Shown one piece after another: positions 1 through 9,226 of a stretch of 64,000 nucleotides of DNA. The notes beneath the pieces are model-generated. The model saw only the letters and a list, made by a program, of their open reading frames with translations. It was not told the DNA's origin and ran no database searches. Origin of the DNA: Candidatus Latescibacterota bacterium (GTDB lineage Bacteria > Latescibacterota > UBA2968 > UBA8231); contig OZ252098.1 of NCBI GenBank assembly GCA_965248355.1, positions 3,168,001 through 3,232,000 of the forward strand. Direction: 5' to 3'. How positions within the stretch are numbered: the first letter of the stretch is position 1; every line of letters starts with the position of its first letter. The position numbers and the translations under genes are program-made.

Positions 1-2
1 CC

Positions 3-896
3 GTCGAGCTGGTCCTGTGCGGCTCCTCGGGGCGCGGCATGGCGACCTACCTGGAGTGGGACCGCACCGTTCTCGAGCACTGTTGGGACGAGGTGGAGTA
101 CATCTCCGCCCACCGCTACAGCGGCAACCACGAGGACGACACGGCGTGGTTCCTGGCCGAGGGCGTGGAGATCGACCGCATCCTGGACGACTACGCCGGG
201 CTGCTGGCCTACGTGCGCGGCCTGAAGAAGAGCGACAAGCGCGTTTTCGTCGCCTTCGACGAGTGGAACGTCTGGTACAAGAACCACCAGAGCGACGGCG
301 GCTGGACCGTGGGGCCGAGCCTGCTGGAGGAGGTCTACAACCTCGAGGACGCCCTGGTCTGCGCCCAGTACCTCAACAGCTTCATCCGCCACGCCGACGT
401 CGTCCGGATCGCCTGCCTCGCCCAGATCGTCAACGTCATCGCGCCCGTGCTGACGAGGCCCGACGGGATCCTCGTGCAGAGCATCTACCATCCACTGCAG
501 TTGTTCTCCCGCCACGCGAAGGGCGTCTCCCTGGCGCCCGTCGTCGACGGGCCCACCTACGAGGCCGGAGCCCGGGGCGAGGTCCCCGTCCTGGACGTCT
601 CGGCCAGCCACGATGAGGAGACCGGCGCCGTCAGCCTCTTCCTGGTGAACCGGGGGATCTCGCAGGACCTGGAGGTGGAGGTCTCCTTCGGAGAGCGCGC
701 GGCGGGGGGTTCTGTGGAGGTGGACGTGCTCGGCGGCGACGACCCGAAGGCGCACAACTCCTGGGAGAGGCCGGAGGCGGTCACGCCCGTGCGGGGCAGC
801 GCCGCCCGGGGCGATGACGGGAAGCTGCGGGTGCGGGCGCCGGCCCTCGGATTCACGGTGGTCCGTGCGCAACTGGAGCGGCCCGGGGTCTCCTGA
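3..896 (+). CDS. GH51 alpha-L-arabinofuranosidase, C-terminal part (5' truncated by window edge)
   Basis: Frame open from position 3 (VELVLCGSSGRGMATYLEW); GH51 motifs ISAHRY, AFDEWNVWY, LLEEVYNLEDAL, ACLAQIVNVIAP. Confidence 0.9.
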   Translation, partial: VELVLCGSSGRGMATYLEWDRTVLEHCWDEVEYISAHRYSGNHEDDTAWFLAEGVEIDRILDDYAGLLAYVRGLKKSDKRVFVAFDEWNVWYKNHQSDGGWTVGPSLLEEVYNLEDALVCAQYLNSFIRHADVVRIACLAQIVNVIAPVLTRPDGILVQSIYHPLQLFSRHAKGVSLAPVVDGPTYEAGARGEVPVLDVSASHDEETGAVSLFLVNRGISQDLEVEVSFGERAAGGSVEVDVLGGDDPKAHNSWERPEAVTPVRGSAARGDDGKLRVRAPALGFTVVRAQLERPGVS

Positions 897-992
897 CAGG
901 CGGCACAAGCCGCCCGCGGGACCCGCCGGCCGGTGAACGGCTCGGCAACCGGCTTGGCCGGCACGATGCGGTCGCGGGTCCGGGGCTCTCCG

Positions 993-3068
993 TCATCGAT
1001 CGGGGGCGAGCGCTCCCCAAAGAAACCGAAAGGCCAGCGTCCACATGTAGGCCCGCTGGGCGTTGTCCGCCGCCCCCGCGTGCCCGCCTTCCACGTTCTC
1101 GTAGTAAAGGACGTCGTGGCCCATGTCCCGCATCTTCGCAACCATCTTCCGGGCATGTCCCGGGTGAACGCGATCGTCCCGGGTGGACGTCGTGACGAGG
1201 AGCCTGGGGTAGTTCGCGTCCTTGGAGACGTTGTGGTAGGGCGAGAAACCCTCGATGAACGCCCACTCGTCGGGATCGTCGGGATCGCCGTATTCCGCCA
1301 TCCAACTCGCCCCGGCCAGCAGTTCGTGGTAGCGGCGCATGTCGAACAACGGTACCTGCGCGACGATGGCGCCGAACAGGTCGGGACGCAGGGTGAGCAT
1401 ATTGCCCATCAAGAGCCCGCCGTTGCTGCCGCCCATGGCGCCGAGTTGTTCCGGCGTGGTGACGCCTCGGCGAATCAGGTCCTCGGCCACGGCGATGAAG
1501 TCCTCGTAGGCGCGCGGACGATCCGCCTTGAGGGCGGCCTGGTGCCAGTCGGGTCCGAACTCGGCGCCGCCTCGAATGTTCGCCACTACGTAGACTCCGC
1601 CGCGCTCCAGCCACGCCGCGCCAATCCCCCCCGAATACCCGGGAACCAGGGGAATCCGGAAGCCGCCGTAGCCGTAGAGCAGTGTCGGGCGCGGTTCGCT
1701 CGTGTCGTCTCGCGAGACCTGGAAATAGGGAATCCGGGTCCCGTCGGCGGACGCGGTCCAATGCTGCGCGACGAACAAGCCGTCCGCGTCGAACTTGCCC
1801 GGTGCGCGCTTCAGCACAACGGGGTCCTCACCCACCGACGCAAGCGACAGCTTGGACGGGGTCAGGTAGTCGGTGGTGGTGAGGAAGAAACGGTCGTCCC
1901 CGTCGGGGTCTACGGCGTCGGCGTCGAGGGTCTGGAACCCGGCGGGATCGACGCCCTGAAGCGGGGCGGTGGTCCAGCCTTCGGGGCCGGGTGTCGCGAC
2001 TTCGATGCGGTTGCGCACGTTGTCCAGAATGTTGATGAGAACGTGGTTGCGGGTCAGCGAATAACCGGCGAACGCGGTACCTTCAGCCGGTTCGAACAGG
2101 ACTGCGAAGCCGCGTCCGCCGGCAAGGAAGCGATCCAACTCGAGGGCGATCAGGCTCCCCGTCGCAAACGTGGACGCTCCGGTAGCCCAGTCGCTGCGCG
2201 TCGTCACGTAGAGCCAGCCGCGGTGCACCGCGTAACCCGCGTCGGAAGGGATCTCAAGCGGTATGAGTTCCTCGCCGCGGCGGATGAAGCGATCGCTGTT
2301 GTAGAAGTCGCGTCCCCGATACACGAGCTGCATCTCGAAACCCGGGGACAGTTCGGCGTAGGCGCCCACCGAGACATCCGACGATTCGCCTTCGAAGACG
2401 GTGGTGGCTTCCTCGAGGGGCTGACCGCGCTGCCACAGTTTGACGATCCGAGGATAGCCGGATTCGGTCATCGTGCCGGCACCGAAATCCGTCGCCACGA
2501 AGATCTCGTCGGGGCCGGCCCAAGCGACGGTTCCCTTGGACTCGGGGAGCGAGAAGCCGTCGTCCACGAAGGCCTTGGCGACAAGGTCGAACTCCCGGAC
2601 AACGACGGCGTCGGCGCCGCCCCGGGACAAACGCAGCAGGCAGCGGTCGTAGGTCGGAACCAGGATGGGAGCACCCGCGTACACCCAGTTCTCACCCTCG
2701 TCGCGTCCCAGGGCATCGATGTCGAGCACGACCTCCCAGGCAGGGTTCGGCTTCCTGTACTCCTCGAGCGTCGTACGCCGCCACAGCCCACGGGGGTTGG
2801 CCTCATCCTGCCAAAGGTTGTAGTACCAGTCGCCGGCCTTGTAGACGTAGGGGATGCGATCGTCGGCATCGAAGATCCCCACGAGACGCCGCTGTAGCGA
2901 ATCGAAGGCCGGGTCTTCGGCAAACGCGTCCCGAATCGCATTGTTTCGTTCCCCGACCCACGCCAGCGCCTCGTCGCCACCGACATCCTCCAGCCAGAGA
3001 TAGGGATCCTCGTCAGTCGAACAGCCCAACAACGCCACGGCCACTCCTATGCTCGCTGGTAGTTTCAT
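993..3068 (-). CDS. Prolyl oligopeptidase family (S9A) serine peptidase, probable lipoprotein
   Basis: DPYLWLE N-terminus, LYGYGGF, NIRGGAEFG, GGSNGG nucleophile, DDRVHP, GGH; lipobox-like LLGC. Confidence 0.93.
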   Translation of the reverse strand: MKLPASIGVAVALLGCSTDEDPYLWLEDVGGDEALAWVGERNNAIRDAFAEDPAFDSLQRRLVGIFDADDRIPYVYKAGDWYYNLWQDEANPRGLWRRTTLEEYRKPNPAWEVVLDIDALGRDEGENWVYAGAPILVPTYDRCLLRLSRGGADAVVVREFDLVAKAFVDDGFSLPESKGTVAWAGPDEIFVATDFGAGTMTESGYPRIVKLWQRGQPLEEATTVFEGESSDVSVGAYAELSPGFEMQLVYRGRDFYNSDRFIRRGEELIPLEIPSDAGYAVHRGWLYVTTRSDWATGASTFATGSLIALELDRFLAGGRGFAVLFEPAEGTAFAGYSLTRNHVLINILDNVRNRIEVATPGPEGWTTAPLQGVDPAGFQTLDADAVDPDGDDRFFLTTTDYLTPSKLSLASVGEDPVVLKRAPGKFDADGLFVAQHWTASADGTRIPYFQVSRDDTSEPRPTLLYGYGGFRIPLVPGYSGGIGAAWLERGGVYVVANIRGGAEFGPDWHQAALKADRPRAYEDFIAVAEDLIRRGVTTPEQLGAMGGSNGGLLMGNMLTLRPDLFGAIVAQVPLFDMRRYHELLAGASWMAEYGDPDDPDEWAFIEGFSPYHNVSKDANYPRLLVTTSTRDDRVHPGHARKMVAKMRDMGHDVLYYENVEGGHAGAADNAQRAYMWTLAFRFLWGALAPDR

Positions 3069-3126
3069 TAGGAAGAATGAGGCACCTTTCTGGACTCTCG
3101 GTCAAGGCGCTGAGCGCACCGTTAGG
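3069..3126 (-). repeat. IS91/ISCR-like oriIS end, copy 1
   Basis: 58-bp segment 56/58 identical to 4628-4685; lies about 160 bp downstream of an IS91-type transposase remnant. Confidence 0.65.
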
Positions 3127-3288
3127 GTCAGGCAGCTCCCTGAGGATCGGTTGCCAGTCCTTCGACCGAGATCGCAGTACAGTTTGGTTGCCTGTCGGCC
3201 CGTATCCGGATCAATCGGGGGCCTGAGGGACCGTTGAGGGCACACCCCGCCGTACGCCCGGCGACGGCGACGGGTCGAGAAGGCAGGT

Positions 3289-3492
3289 TCAGGCGGCGAA
3301 CTCGAACAGTGGCTCAGGCGGGGCCCTCGGCGGGGGCATCTCCGGCAGCCCTACCCTCTCCAGATAGGTCCGGATCGAGGCCGGATCGGTCAGGGCGGCG
3401 ATGATTCTCAGGTCGGAGGAAAACACCCGCGCCAGCAGGGTCGCCCACCGCAGCCGATGGCCGCAGGAGGCAGCGCTCGCATCGCCGTCTGC
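3289..3492 (-). pseudogene. IS91/ISCR-family transposase C-terminal remnant
   Basis: RWATLLARVF..LRIIAALTDPASIRTYLERVGLPEMPPPRAPP matches IS91-type C-termini, but the CPxCGG knuckle is missing. Confidence 0.7.
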
Positions 3493-3664
3493 CGCCGACA
3501 ACTGGCGCGGATACAGCGATGCTCTCGGCCTGTACGTATGCTGGGAGGACGGCTTCCTCAAGTTCTACAATCCCGAGACAGAGGACTATTTACGTAGCCA
3601 CCAAGAGGCCGAAGAACGTGTCGCCGAACTGGAGGCGGAACTTCGACGGCTGCGTGGGGAGTAG
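3493..3664 (+). pseudogene. Uma2 (DUF820) endonuclease C-terminal fragment
   Basis: GYSDALGLYVCWEDGFLKFYNPETEDYLRSHQEAEERVAELEAELRRLRGE resembles the Uma2 tail; no N-terminus. Confidence 0.65.
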
Positions 3665-4096
3665 AGACTCCAGCTTCAGTTTGGATGCAGGCCCCTATAC
3701 GTGTCGGCTCGACAGCCGGACAGGGTCAGCGGGCCGCAGAAAACCTCCAGGGCCTTATGCAACAAGATGGGGACAGGTGTTGCGTCCTCTGAACCTCGAT
3801 CATCTGCCATCCTCTGTGGAGTTGGCGTCGGGCTAGAAATGGGCGACCGCCCCGAGTCCTTCAGACAACGGGGAGGAGAGGGAGACGCCGCACCAAGCCC
3901 AATAAGAGTCCAAAGAAGAAGCCCACCTTGCCTCTGGATGCAGGAAAGAACCACGCGCCAAGTTCTGACACCTGGCCGCCATGAGGATATTGCCAAGTCC
4001 AGACGTACTCATAGATCGGCATTCTTCATTCCCTTCGCGGGACGAATCCCGGGTGTTGTCTGTATTCTAGGTTCGGGCAGAGACACGGTCAACTCG

Positions 4097-4315
4097 TCAT
4101 CGCTGCGCGCTGAATACGACCCCAAACGCAACGCCGATTGAAATGCCGATTGAAATGCCCATTGCAATGCCCACGCCGATGTTATCAAGGGCGACTCCGA
4201 TGACCGTGCCTATGATCACACCGATGGCCGTGCCTACTCCCGCGCCTATTGCAATCCATGTGCCCGGTTCGGGTTTTTTCGACTGCCCCTGATCGTCCTG
4301 GCTGTCCGTGCTCAT
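4097..4315 (-). CDS. Small glycine-zipper membrane protein
   Basis: 72 aa with GxxxG repeats; AAAGGGAGG RBS upstream. Confidence 0.7.
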   Translation of the reverse strand: MSTDSQDDQGQSKKPEPGTWIAIGAGVGTAIGVIIGTVIGVALDNIGVGIAMGISIGISIGVAFGVVFSAQR

Positions 4316-4353
4316 CTATCCTCCCTTTACAAGTGAATCGCCGTCTGCTGAGC

Positions 4354-4627
4354 CTACGGCTCTCTCATCTCGATTACCCCTGCGGAGCCGAGCGCGTCCG
4401 GATCGTCATCGTCGGGCCCCGTGGGGCCGCCACGCCTTGCCTTGCCGCTCCAGTCCTCGATCTGCACTTCGACCAGCGTGGTTATACCGAGGTCGGCCGA
4501 CGGAGGAACGTTGTAGTCGTGGCCCAGGGTACGTCCGGGGAAGTATCGCTGCACCATGTCGTCGAAGATCTCCGACTTCTCAGACTCGTCAGTCACCTCT
4601 CTCGCTGTCCTGAACATCACTGAAGTA
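4354..4627 (-). pseudogene. Pyridoxamine 5'-phosphate oxidase-like (NimA/flavin-binding) protein, 5' truncated
   Basis: YTSVMFRTAREVTD..YFPGR..IEDWSGKAR; N-terminal half replaced by the ISCR-like end. Confidence 0.6.
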
Positions 4628-4685
4628 TAGGAAAAATGAGGCACCTTTTTGGACTCTCGGTCAAGGCGCTGAGCGCACCGTTAGG
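4628..4685 (-). repeat. IS91/ISCR-like oriIS end, copy 2 (cut by ISAzo13)
   Basis: Repeat of 3069-3126; minus strand reads TTTTCCTATAC across the end, like the ISCR oriIS terminus. Confidence 0.65.
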
Positions 4686-4866
4686 CTTTGTCCCGAAACA
4701 GATGATTCACTTCAACCCTCAGTGGCCGGCCGGATCGTGTAGTTCCAATCCCCGTGAAACGCATGGGGCGAGAGATGGATCCGCTCCATTTGCTCGTCCT
4801 TGACGACCACGGCCTTGGGATACGCTCGCTTGTCGATCTCGGCGCGCACCCGAAGCCCTTTCTTCG

Positions 4867-6422
4867 GGGTGTAGCCTCGGTTTTACGCAGCCGTCTTGTC
4901 GGTCTGTTGTGTAGTCTGATGGAGGTACCAGTTCCAGAAGGCCTCCCATCGTTGGGATTGCACGTGGACTCGTAGATTGAGGATCTGCTGGCCTCCTTGG
5001 CGGGTCCAGCGCATGCCGCTGCGTTTGAGTCGATGGCCGACCAGGGTCTTGGCGGCGGCCTCCACGGGACCACTGGAGAGGATCAACCCCGAAGCGCGAT
5101 AGCGCGCGTAGTCCATCTTGTCCCGGTTGTTCCGGAAGTAGCCCAGCTCGGTGGTCACCTGACGATGGCGTTGGGAGCCGGGACGAAGGTTGCGGCGGTG
5201 GTAGGCCAGGGAGCGGATCAGGCCCTGAACGGCCCCGGGCTCATGACGCAGTTTGTGCCGCCAGGATCGGTACCAGCGAGCCGCTTTCGACGACCGCTTG
5301 CCGAAGAGGGGCTCGGCGGCCTTTGACAGGTGGTGGGCCGCGTGATAGAAGTCGAGAATCCGGGTGAAGCCGTCGAACACCGGCTGCCGATCCACGCTGC
5401 GCCAGATCTGGCGCTGGCCGTCGGCCAACACCACCCGGTGGTCATACTCCCCCCGCTGCAGGGCCCGGGCCGTCTCCTCCACCAAGCCGTGGACCAGGGT
5501 CTTCATCTTGGGCTCCGGCATGCGCGCGGCGTAGCGCACATCGACGCGTTGGGGGTCTTCCGTCGCCGGGTCCAGCGGCGTCCCATACGTGGCGACCATC
5601 CCTACCCCGGCCTCCTTCCAGGCGGTGGGCGCGCGGTCGGGGTCGGGATCCGTCGGTCGTTCGGCGGGCCGTCCGCGTTTCGGCGCCGGCTCCCGCAGCG
5701 GCACGGTGACGCCGTCCCAACTGACCACCAGGGTGTCGCCCTCGGTCTTTAGGGGCGCCGCCTCCTGCAAGGCCAGCTCGAGTTGCTCGGCGTGGTCCTC
5801 GGCGTACTGACCGACGGTGGTCAACAGATGCTGAATGGCGGTGCGCGACGGGGACGCCGGCAACAGCTCGGCCAAGCTGGCCTCGACTTCGGCCGGGACC
5901 AGGCGGGCGCCCAGAAAGGCCGTGAAACGCTCCAGCGCCGGCACCATGAATCGGTGGACCATGCCGCAGCGCTCATCCAAGGGCACCCGGCTGGGGCCGC
6001 CCCGATCGGGCTGATACAGCCGACGCGGCACCTGGACCTTGCCCCACAGGGTCATCCACTCCTTGTCGACCACCTGCTTGAACCGGTAGACCCGACCGTG
6101 GTGGATCACGGTGTCGTCGGCGATCTCGCACGCCTGCGCCAGCCGTTGGAAACCGATTCGACCGAGGTCGTCCAAAGCATCTCGCAACTCGCTCACCCTC
6201 TCGCGAAAGTCCTCCGGGCCGGCCTCCGGGGATTGCAGGCGATGCTCCCACTGGAGGACATTTTCCTCGAACTTTGTCAGGCGAGCGTGAAAATCCTTCG
6301 TATCTTCCATCAGGGACCCCTTTCCGGGTTTGGGCGTAAGTCCTTACACCCAAAGATACATTCGTGCCCGGACTTGGGGTCCCCCTTTTATCGACAATCT
6401 GCGTAAAGTGAAGGCTACACCC
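4867..6422 (-). mobile_element. ISKra4/ISLre2-like (Mutator-type DDE) IS, 1556 bp
   Basis: 24-bp IRs GGGTGTAGCCTnnnnTTTACGCAG; 8-bp TSD TTTCTTCG at 4859-4866 and 6423-6430. Confidence 0.88.
4883..6310 (-). CDS. ISKra4/ISLre2-like transposase
   Basis: SWDG, WKEA, LADGQRQIW, LDFYHA, SGPVEAAAK..RLKRSGMRW. Confidence 0.88.
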   Translation of the reverse strand: MEDTKDFHARLTKFEENVLQWEHRLQSPEAGPEDFRERVSELRDALDDLGRIGFQRLAQACEIADDTVIHHGRVYRFKQVVDKEWMTLWGKVQVPRRLYQPDRGGPSRVPLDERCGMVHRFMVPALERFTAFLGARLVPAEVEASLAELLPASPSRTAIQHLLTTVGQYAEDHAEQLELALQEAAPLKTEGDTLVVSWDGVTVPLREPAPKRGRPAERPTDPDPDRAPTAWKEAGVGMVATYGTPLDPATEDPQRVDVRYAARMPEPKMKTLVHGLVEETARALQRGEYDHRVVLADGQRQIWRSVDRQPVFDGFTRILDFYHAAHHLSKAAEPLFGKRSSKAARWYRSWRHKLRHEPGAVQGLIRSLAYHRRNLRPGSQRHRQVTTELGYFRNNRDKMDYARYRASGLILSSGPVEAAAKTLVGHRLKRSGMRWTRQGGQQILNLRVHVQSQRWEAFWNWYLHQTTQQTDKTAA

Positions 6423-7487
6423 TTTCTTCGTTGTCGTCCGGCCGATCAGGTTGACTACCGTGGCCAGACTGACCAGAGGTTGGCCTCGCCAGTTCATGGC
6501 GATATAGGAGAACAGGCGATGCTCGATGCGGTTCCACTTGCTCGTGCCCGGAGGATAGTGGCAGACCGTGATCGTCAGGCCCGTGCGATCGGCCAAGCGC
6601 TGCCATTCCCATTTCCACAGCCGCAGTCTCGGACCGTTGCGGCCCCCCGCATCGGCCGTGATCCACAGGTGCGAGGCCGCCGGGTAGGCCGGACGACCCA
6701 TGCGTTTCCACCAGCTGCGGATGGCGTTCACCGCGAAGTGGGCGGTGTCGTGGTCGACGCCGACGCTGACCCAGCCCTCGTTGCGGCCCAGGTCGTAGAC
6801 CCCGTAGGGAATCGCCTGGCCCTGGGCCGGGATGATGAAGTCGTGGACCTTCACGCGCTCCGGCTCGCCCTTCGGACGCCATTGGCGACCCACGTTCTTG
6901 AAGTCGCCGATCAGCTCCTTCTTCTTGGTGTCCACCGAAATGACCGGCTGGCCTTGGGCCTGGGCCCTTCGGACCTGGTCGTGGAGGTAGTGAAACGGGG
7001 CGTCCCGATCCGGGTGTTGCGTGCCTTCTTTCGTCTTGCGATTCGCCTGCAGCGTGTAGCCGAGCTCGTGCAACAGTCCGTGGACGAGGCCAGGACTCAC
7101 CGAATGGCCCAGGGCCTGCAACTCGACCGCCAACTTGCGGATGCTCTTCGACGTCCATCGCAAGGGGCTGTCGTCCGGCGCCCCGGCGGTGACCGGCTCG
7201 AGCAGGGCGTTGAGGTCCGACAACAGCGTCACGTCGGTGTCGACGCGCCGCTTGCGGCCGCCGCCCGGCCGACGCACACGGCCGGAGTCCAACGGGGCGT
7301 CCGACCGCAGTTCCTGCAGGCCGCGAGCGATCCGGGTCCGCGACAGGCCCGTCGCACGGGCCACCACCGCAATGCCGCCATGTCCCAGGGCTTGCGCCTC
7401 CGACGCGGCCCACAAGCGTCGCGTGCGCTCGTTCAACACCGGCGTCAAGGCTTCGTATTTCGCCCGCAGGGTGCTTTCCGTGTCCAC
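6423..7487 (-). pseudogene. ISAzo13 transposase, N-terminal part (C-terminus at about 4710-4858)
   Basis: ISVDTKKKELIG, VHDF, YPPGTSKWNRIEHRLFS; removing the nested IS restores TTTKKGLRVRAEIDKRAYPK..HGDWNYTIRP. Confidence 0.88.
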
Positions 7488-7547
7488 CCGTCAAGGATAA
7501 CACCTTTCTATCAGAAAGAACAGCGTTTATTTCTGCGCAGTGCCTTA

Positions 7548-7678
7548 GGTGCAATACAGCCGTCGAGCGTACAGCAGGGTGAGGATCCTCCATCAATGCG
7601 TCCAAGTCGCCCGAGACCCGATCCACTAGATCAGGCCGGGCACCAACGAGGTCCATGAGTACTTTTGCCGCATCTACA
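7548..7678 (-). pseudogene. Fragment 4 of the nuclease-STAND ATPase gene (HEAT-like)
   Basis: In frame with 9227-10775 after removing IS1380: PAPRVDAAKVLMDL..LMEDPHPAVRSTAVLHL. Confidence 0.75.
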
Positions 7679-9226
7679 CCCTCTGGTTGCATAAGAACAG
7701 GGCTTTTTCCTCCTCCGAACGGCCCATTGTCACTTGCGGCGCCCTCTGAAAAAGGGGTATTTGATACTGTCGACCAAGACATGTATCGACCCCTTTCAGA
7801 AGGACACCGCAAGTGAGGTTCAGAAAAGAAGACATTTTGGCCCGTTTTCACAAGCTCCCGCATCTTCGCTTCGAGGATCAACAGCTGACTTCCTTTGCGG
7901 GAGCCATCGTTTTTCAACTGCTCTTCCGGCGCCTGGATCTGAAGACTCGGCTGAAGTCGTGCTTCCCCGCCAAGAGCTCCGCGATCTTTGGTCCCCATCT
8001 CATGGTGTTGTTGCTCATCGTGCATCTGCTGCTGGGCTTCCGGCGGCTGCGAGACATGGACTATTACCGGGACGATCCGGTGGTGCTGCGTCTGTTGGGC
8101 TTGCGCCGCCTGCCGGACGTGGCCACCCTCAGTCGCGCCCTCGCAAGAATGGGCCGTTCGAGTATCGAAAAAGTGCGCCACCTGTCTTCGGTCCTGGTGG
8201 TGCAGGCGCTCCAGCGCGAGCGGTTCCCCCGTCTGACCCTCGACTTCGACGGCTCGGTGATCTCCACTTGTGGTCATGCCGAAGGGACCGCCGTGGGCTA
8301 TAATCCGAAAAAGAAAGGGGCGCGCAGCTATTACAACCTGTTCTGTACGGTGGCGCAGACCGGACAGTTCTTCGATGTCCTTCACCGCCCCGGCAACGTC
8401 CATGACAGCAAGGACGCCCATGCGTTCATGATGGACGCCTTCGATCGGGTGCGCGACGCGCTGGCGCCTACCGTGCTCGAGTCCCGACTCGACAGTGCCT
8501 TCTTCAGCCAGGACACGCTCACGCTCCTGGACCTGTATGGCGTCGAATGCACGATCAGTGTCCCTTTCGAACGCTTCCCCGTACTCAAGGACCAGATCGA
8601 AGCGCGCCAGCGCTGGCGCTTTCTCGATGAACACTGCGCCTATTTCGAGAGTGACTGGAAACCCAAACGCTGGCCCGCCTCGTACCGATTTCTCTTGGTC
8701 CGCCGTGCGGTCGCGCGTCAGACCAAGGAACCGCTGCAACTGGATCTGTTCGAACCCCGGCCCATCGATCATGAGTACCGCGTTCTGGTGACCAACAAGA
8801 GGATCTCGGCCCGCCGCGTGCTCCTCTTCCACTATGGCCGCGGCGCCCAGGAAGGGATCTTCGCCGAGGCCAAGCAACAGGCCGGGCTGGATCTGATCCC
8901 CACCCGGCGGCTGCTCGGCAACCAGATGGTGACTTTGTGTGCGATGATGGCCCACAATCTGGGACGCGAAATGCAGATGCGGGCGCAGGCGCGATCCAAC
9001 TATTCGCGCGCCAAACGCCCGGCGGCGTGGACCTTCCAGACCTTGGACACTCTGCGTCATCGCTTCATTCAGCGCGCCGGGCGCCTCACTCGGCCCAAGG
9101 GCGAGTTGACCCTGACCCTGAACTCCAATCCAAAAGTGGAAAAAGATCTGTTGCATTTCCTCGAAACACTGAAGGATGCCGCCTGATCACACCACCGCCT
9201 TCAAACAGATTTATGCAACGTTAGGG
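7679..9226 (+). mobile_element. IS1380-family IS, 1548 bp
   Basis: 16-bp IRs CCCTCTGGTTGCATAA / CCCTAACGTTGCATAA; 4-bp TSD TACA at 7675-7678 and 9227-9230. Confidence 0.9.
7813..9186 (+). CDS. IS1380-family transposase
   Basis: LTSFAG, TLDFDGS, RPGNVH, RLDSAF, YGRGAQEGIFAEAK. Confidence 0.9.
   Translation: MRFRKEDILARFHKLPHLRFEDQQLTSFAGAIVFQLLFRRLDLKTRLKSCFPAKSSAIFGPHLMVLLLIVHLLLGFRRLRDMDYYRDDPVVLRLLGLRRLPDVATLSRALARMGRSSIEKVRHLSSVLVVQALQRERFPRLTLDFDGSVISTCGHAEGTAVGYNPKKKGARSYYNLFCTVAQTGQFFDVLHRPGNVHDSKDAHAFMMDAFDRVRDALAPTVLESRLDSAFFSQDTLTLLDLYGVECTISVPFERFPVLKDQIEARQRWRFLDEHCAYFESDWKPKRWPASYRFLLVRRAVARQTKEPLQLDLFEPRPIDHEYRVLVTNKRISARRVLLFHYGRGAQEGIFAEAKQQAGLDLIPTRRLLGNQMVTLCAMMAHNLGREMQMRAQARSNYSRAKRPAAWTFQTLDTLRHRFIQRAGRLTRPKGELTLTLNSNPKVEKDLLHFLETLKDAA

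Larger units (their letters stand above)
4684..7544 (-). mobile_element. ISAzo13-family IS, interrupted by a nested IS
   Basis: Imperfect IRs GGCTTTGTCCCGAAACA / GGCACTGCGCAGAAATA; TTA on both sides (4681-4683, 7545-7547); transposase split at 6423/4866. Confidence 0.85.

Noticed and set aside
3755..3772. TTATGCAACAAGATGGG resembling the IS1380 IR
   Set aside because: Short imperfect match with no partner IR or transposase
3861..4022. 53-aa minus-strand ORF starting MPIYEY, like FmdB zinc-ribbon proteins
   Set aside because: No CxxC motifs follow; at most a tiny remnant
3069..4685. 58-bp repeat containing GTTAGG as integron attC sites
   Set aside because: No internal palindrome pairing RYYYAAC with GTTRRRY and no integrase; position relative to the IS91-type remnant fits oriIS better
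5973..9156. Long ORFs 5973-7487 (504 aa) and 6415-9156 (913 aa) as real proteins
   Set aside because: Read-through across IS junctions and antisense to the IS1380 transposase
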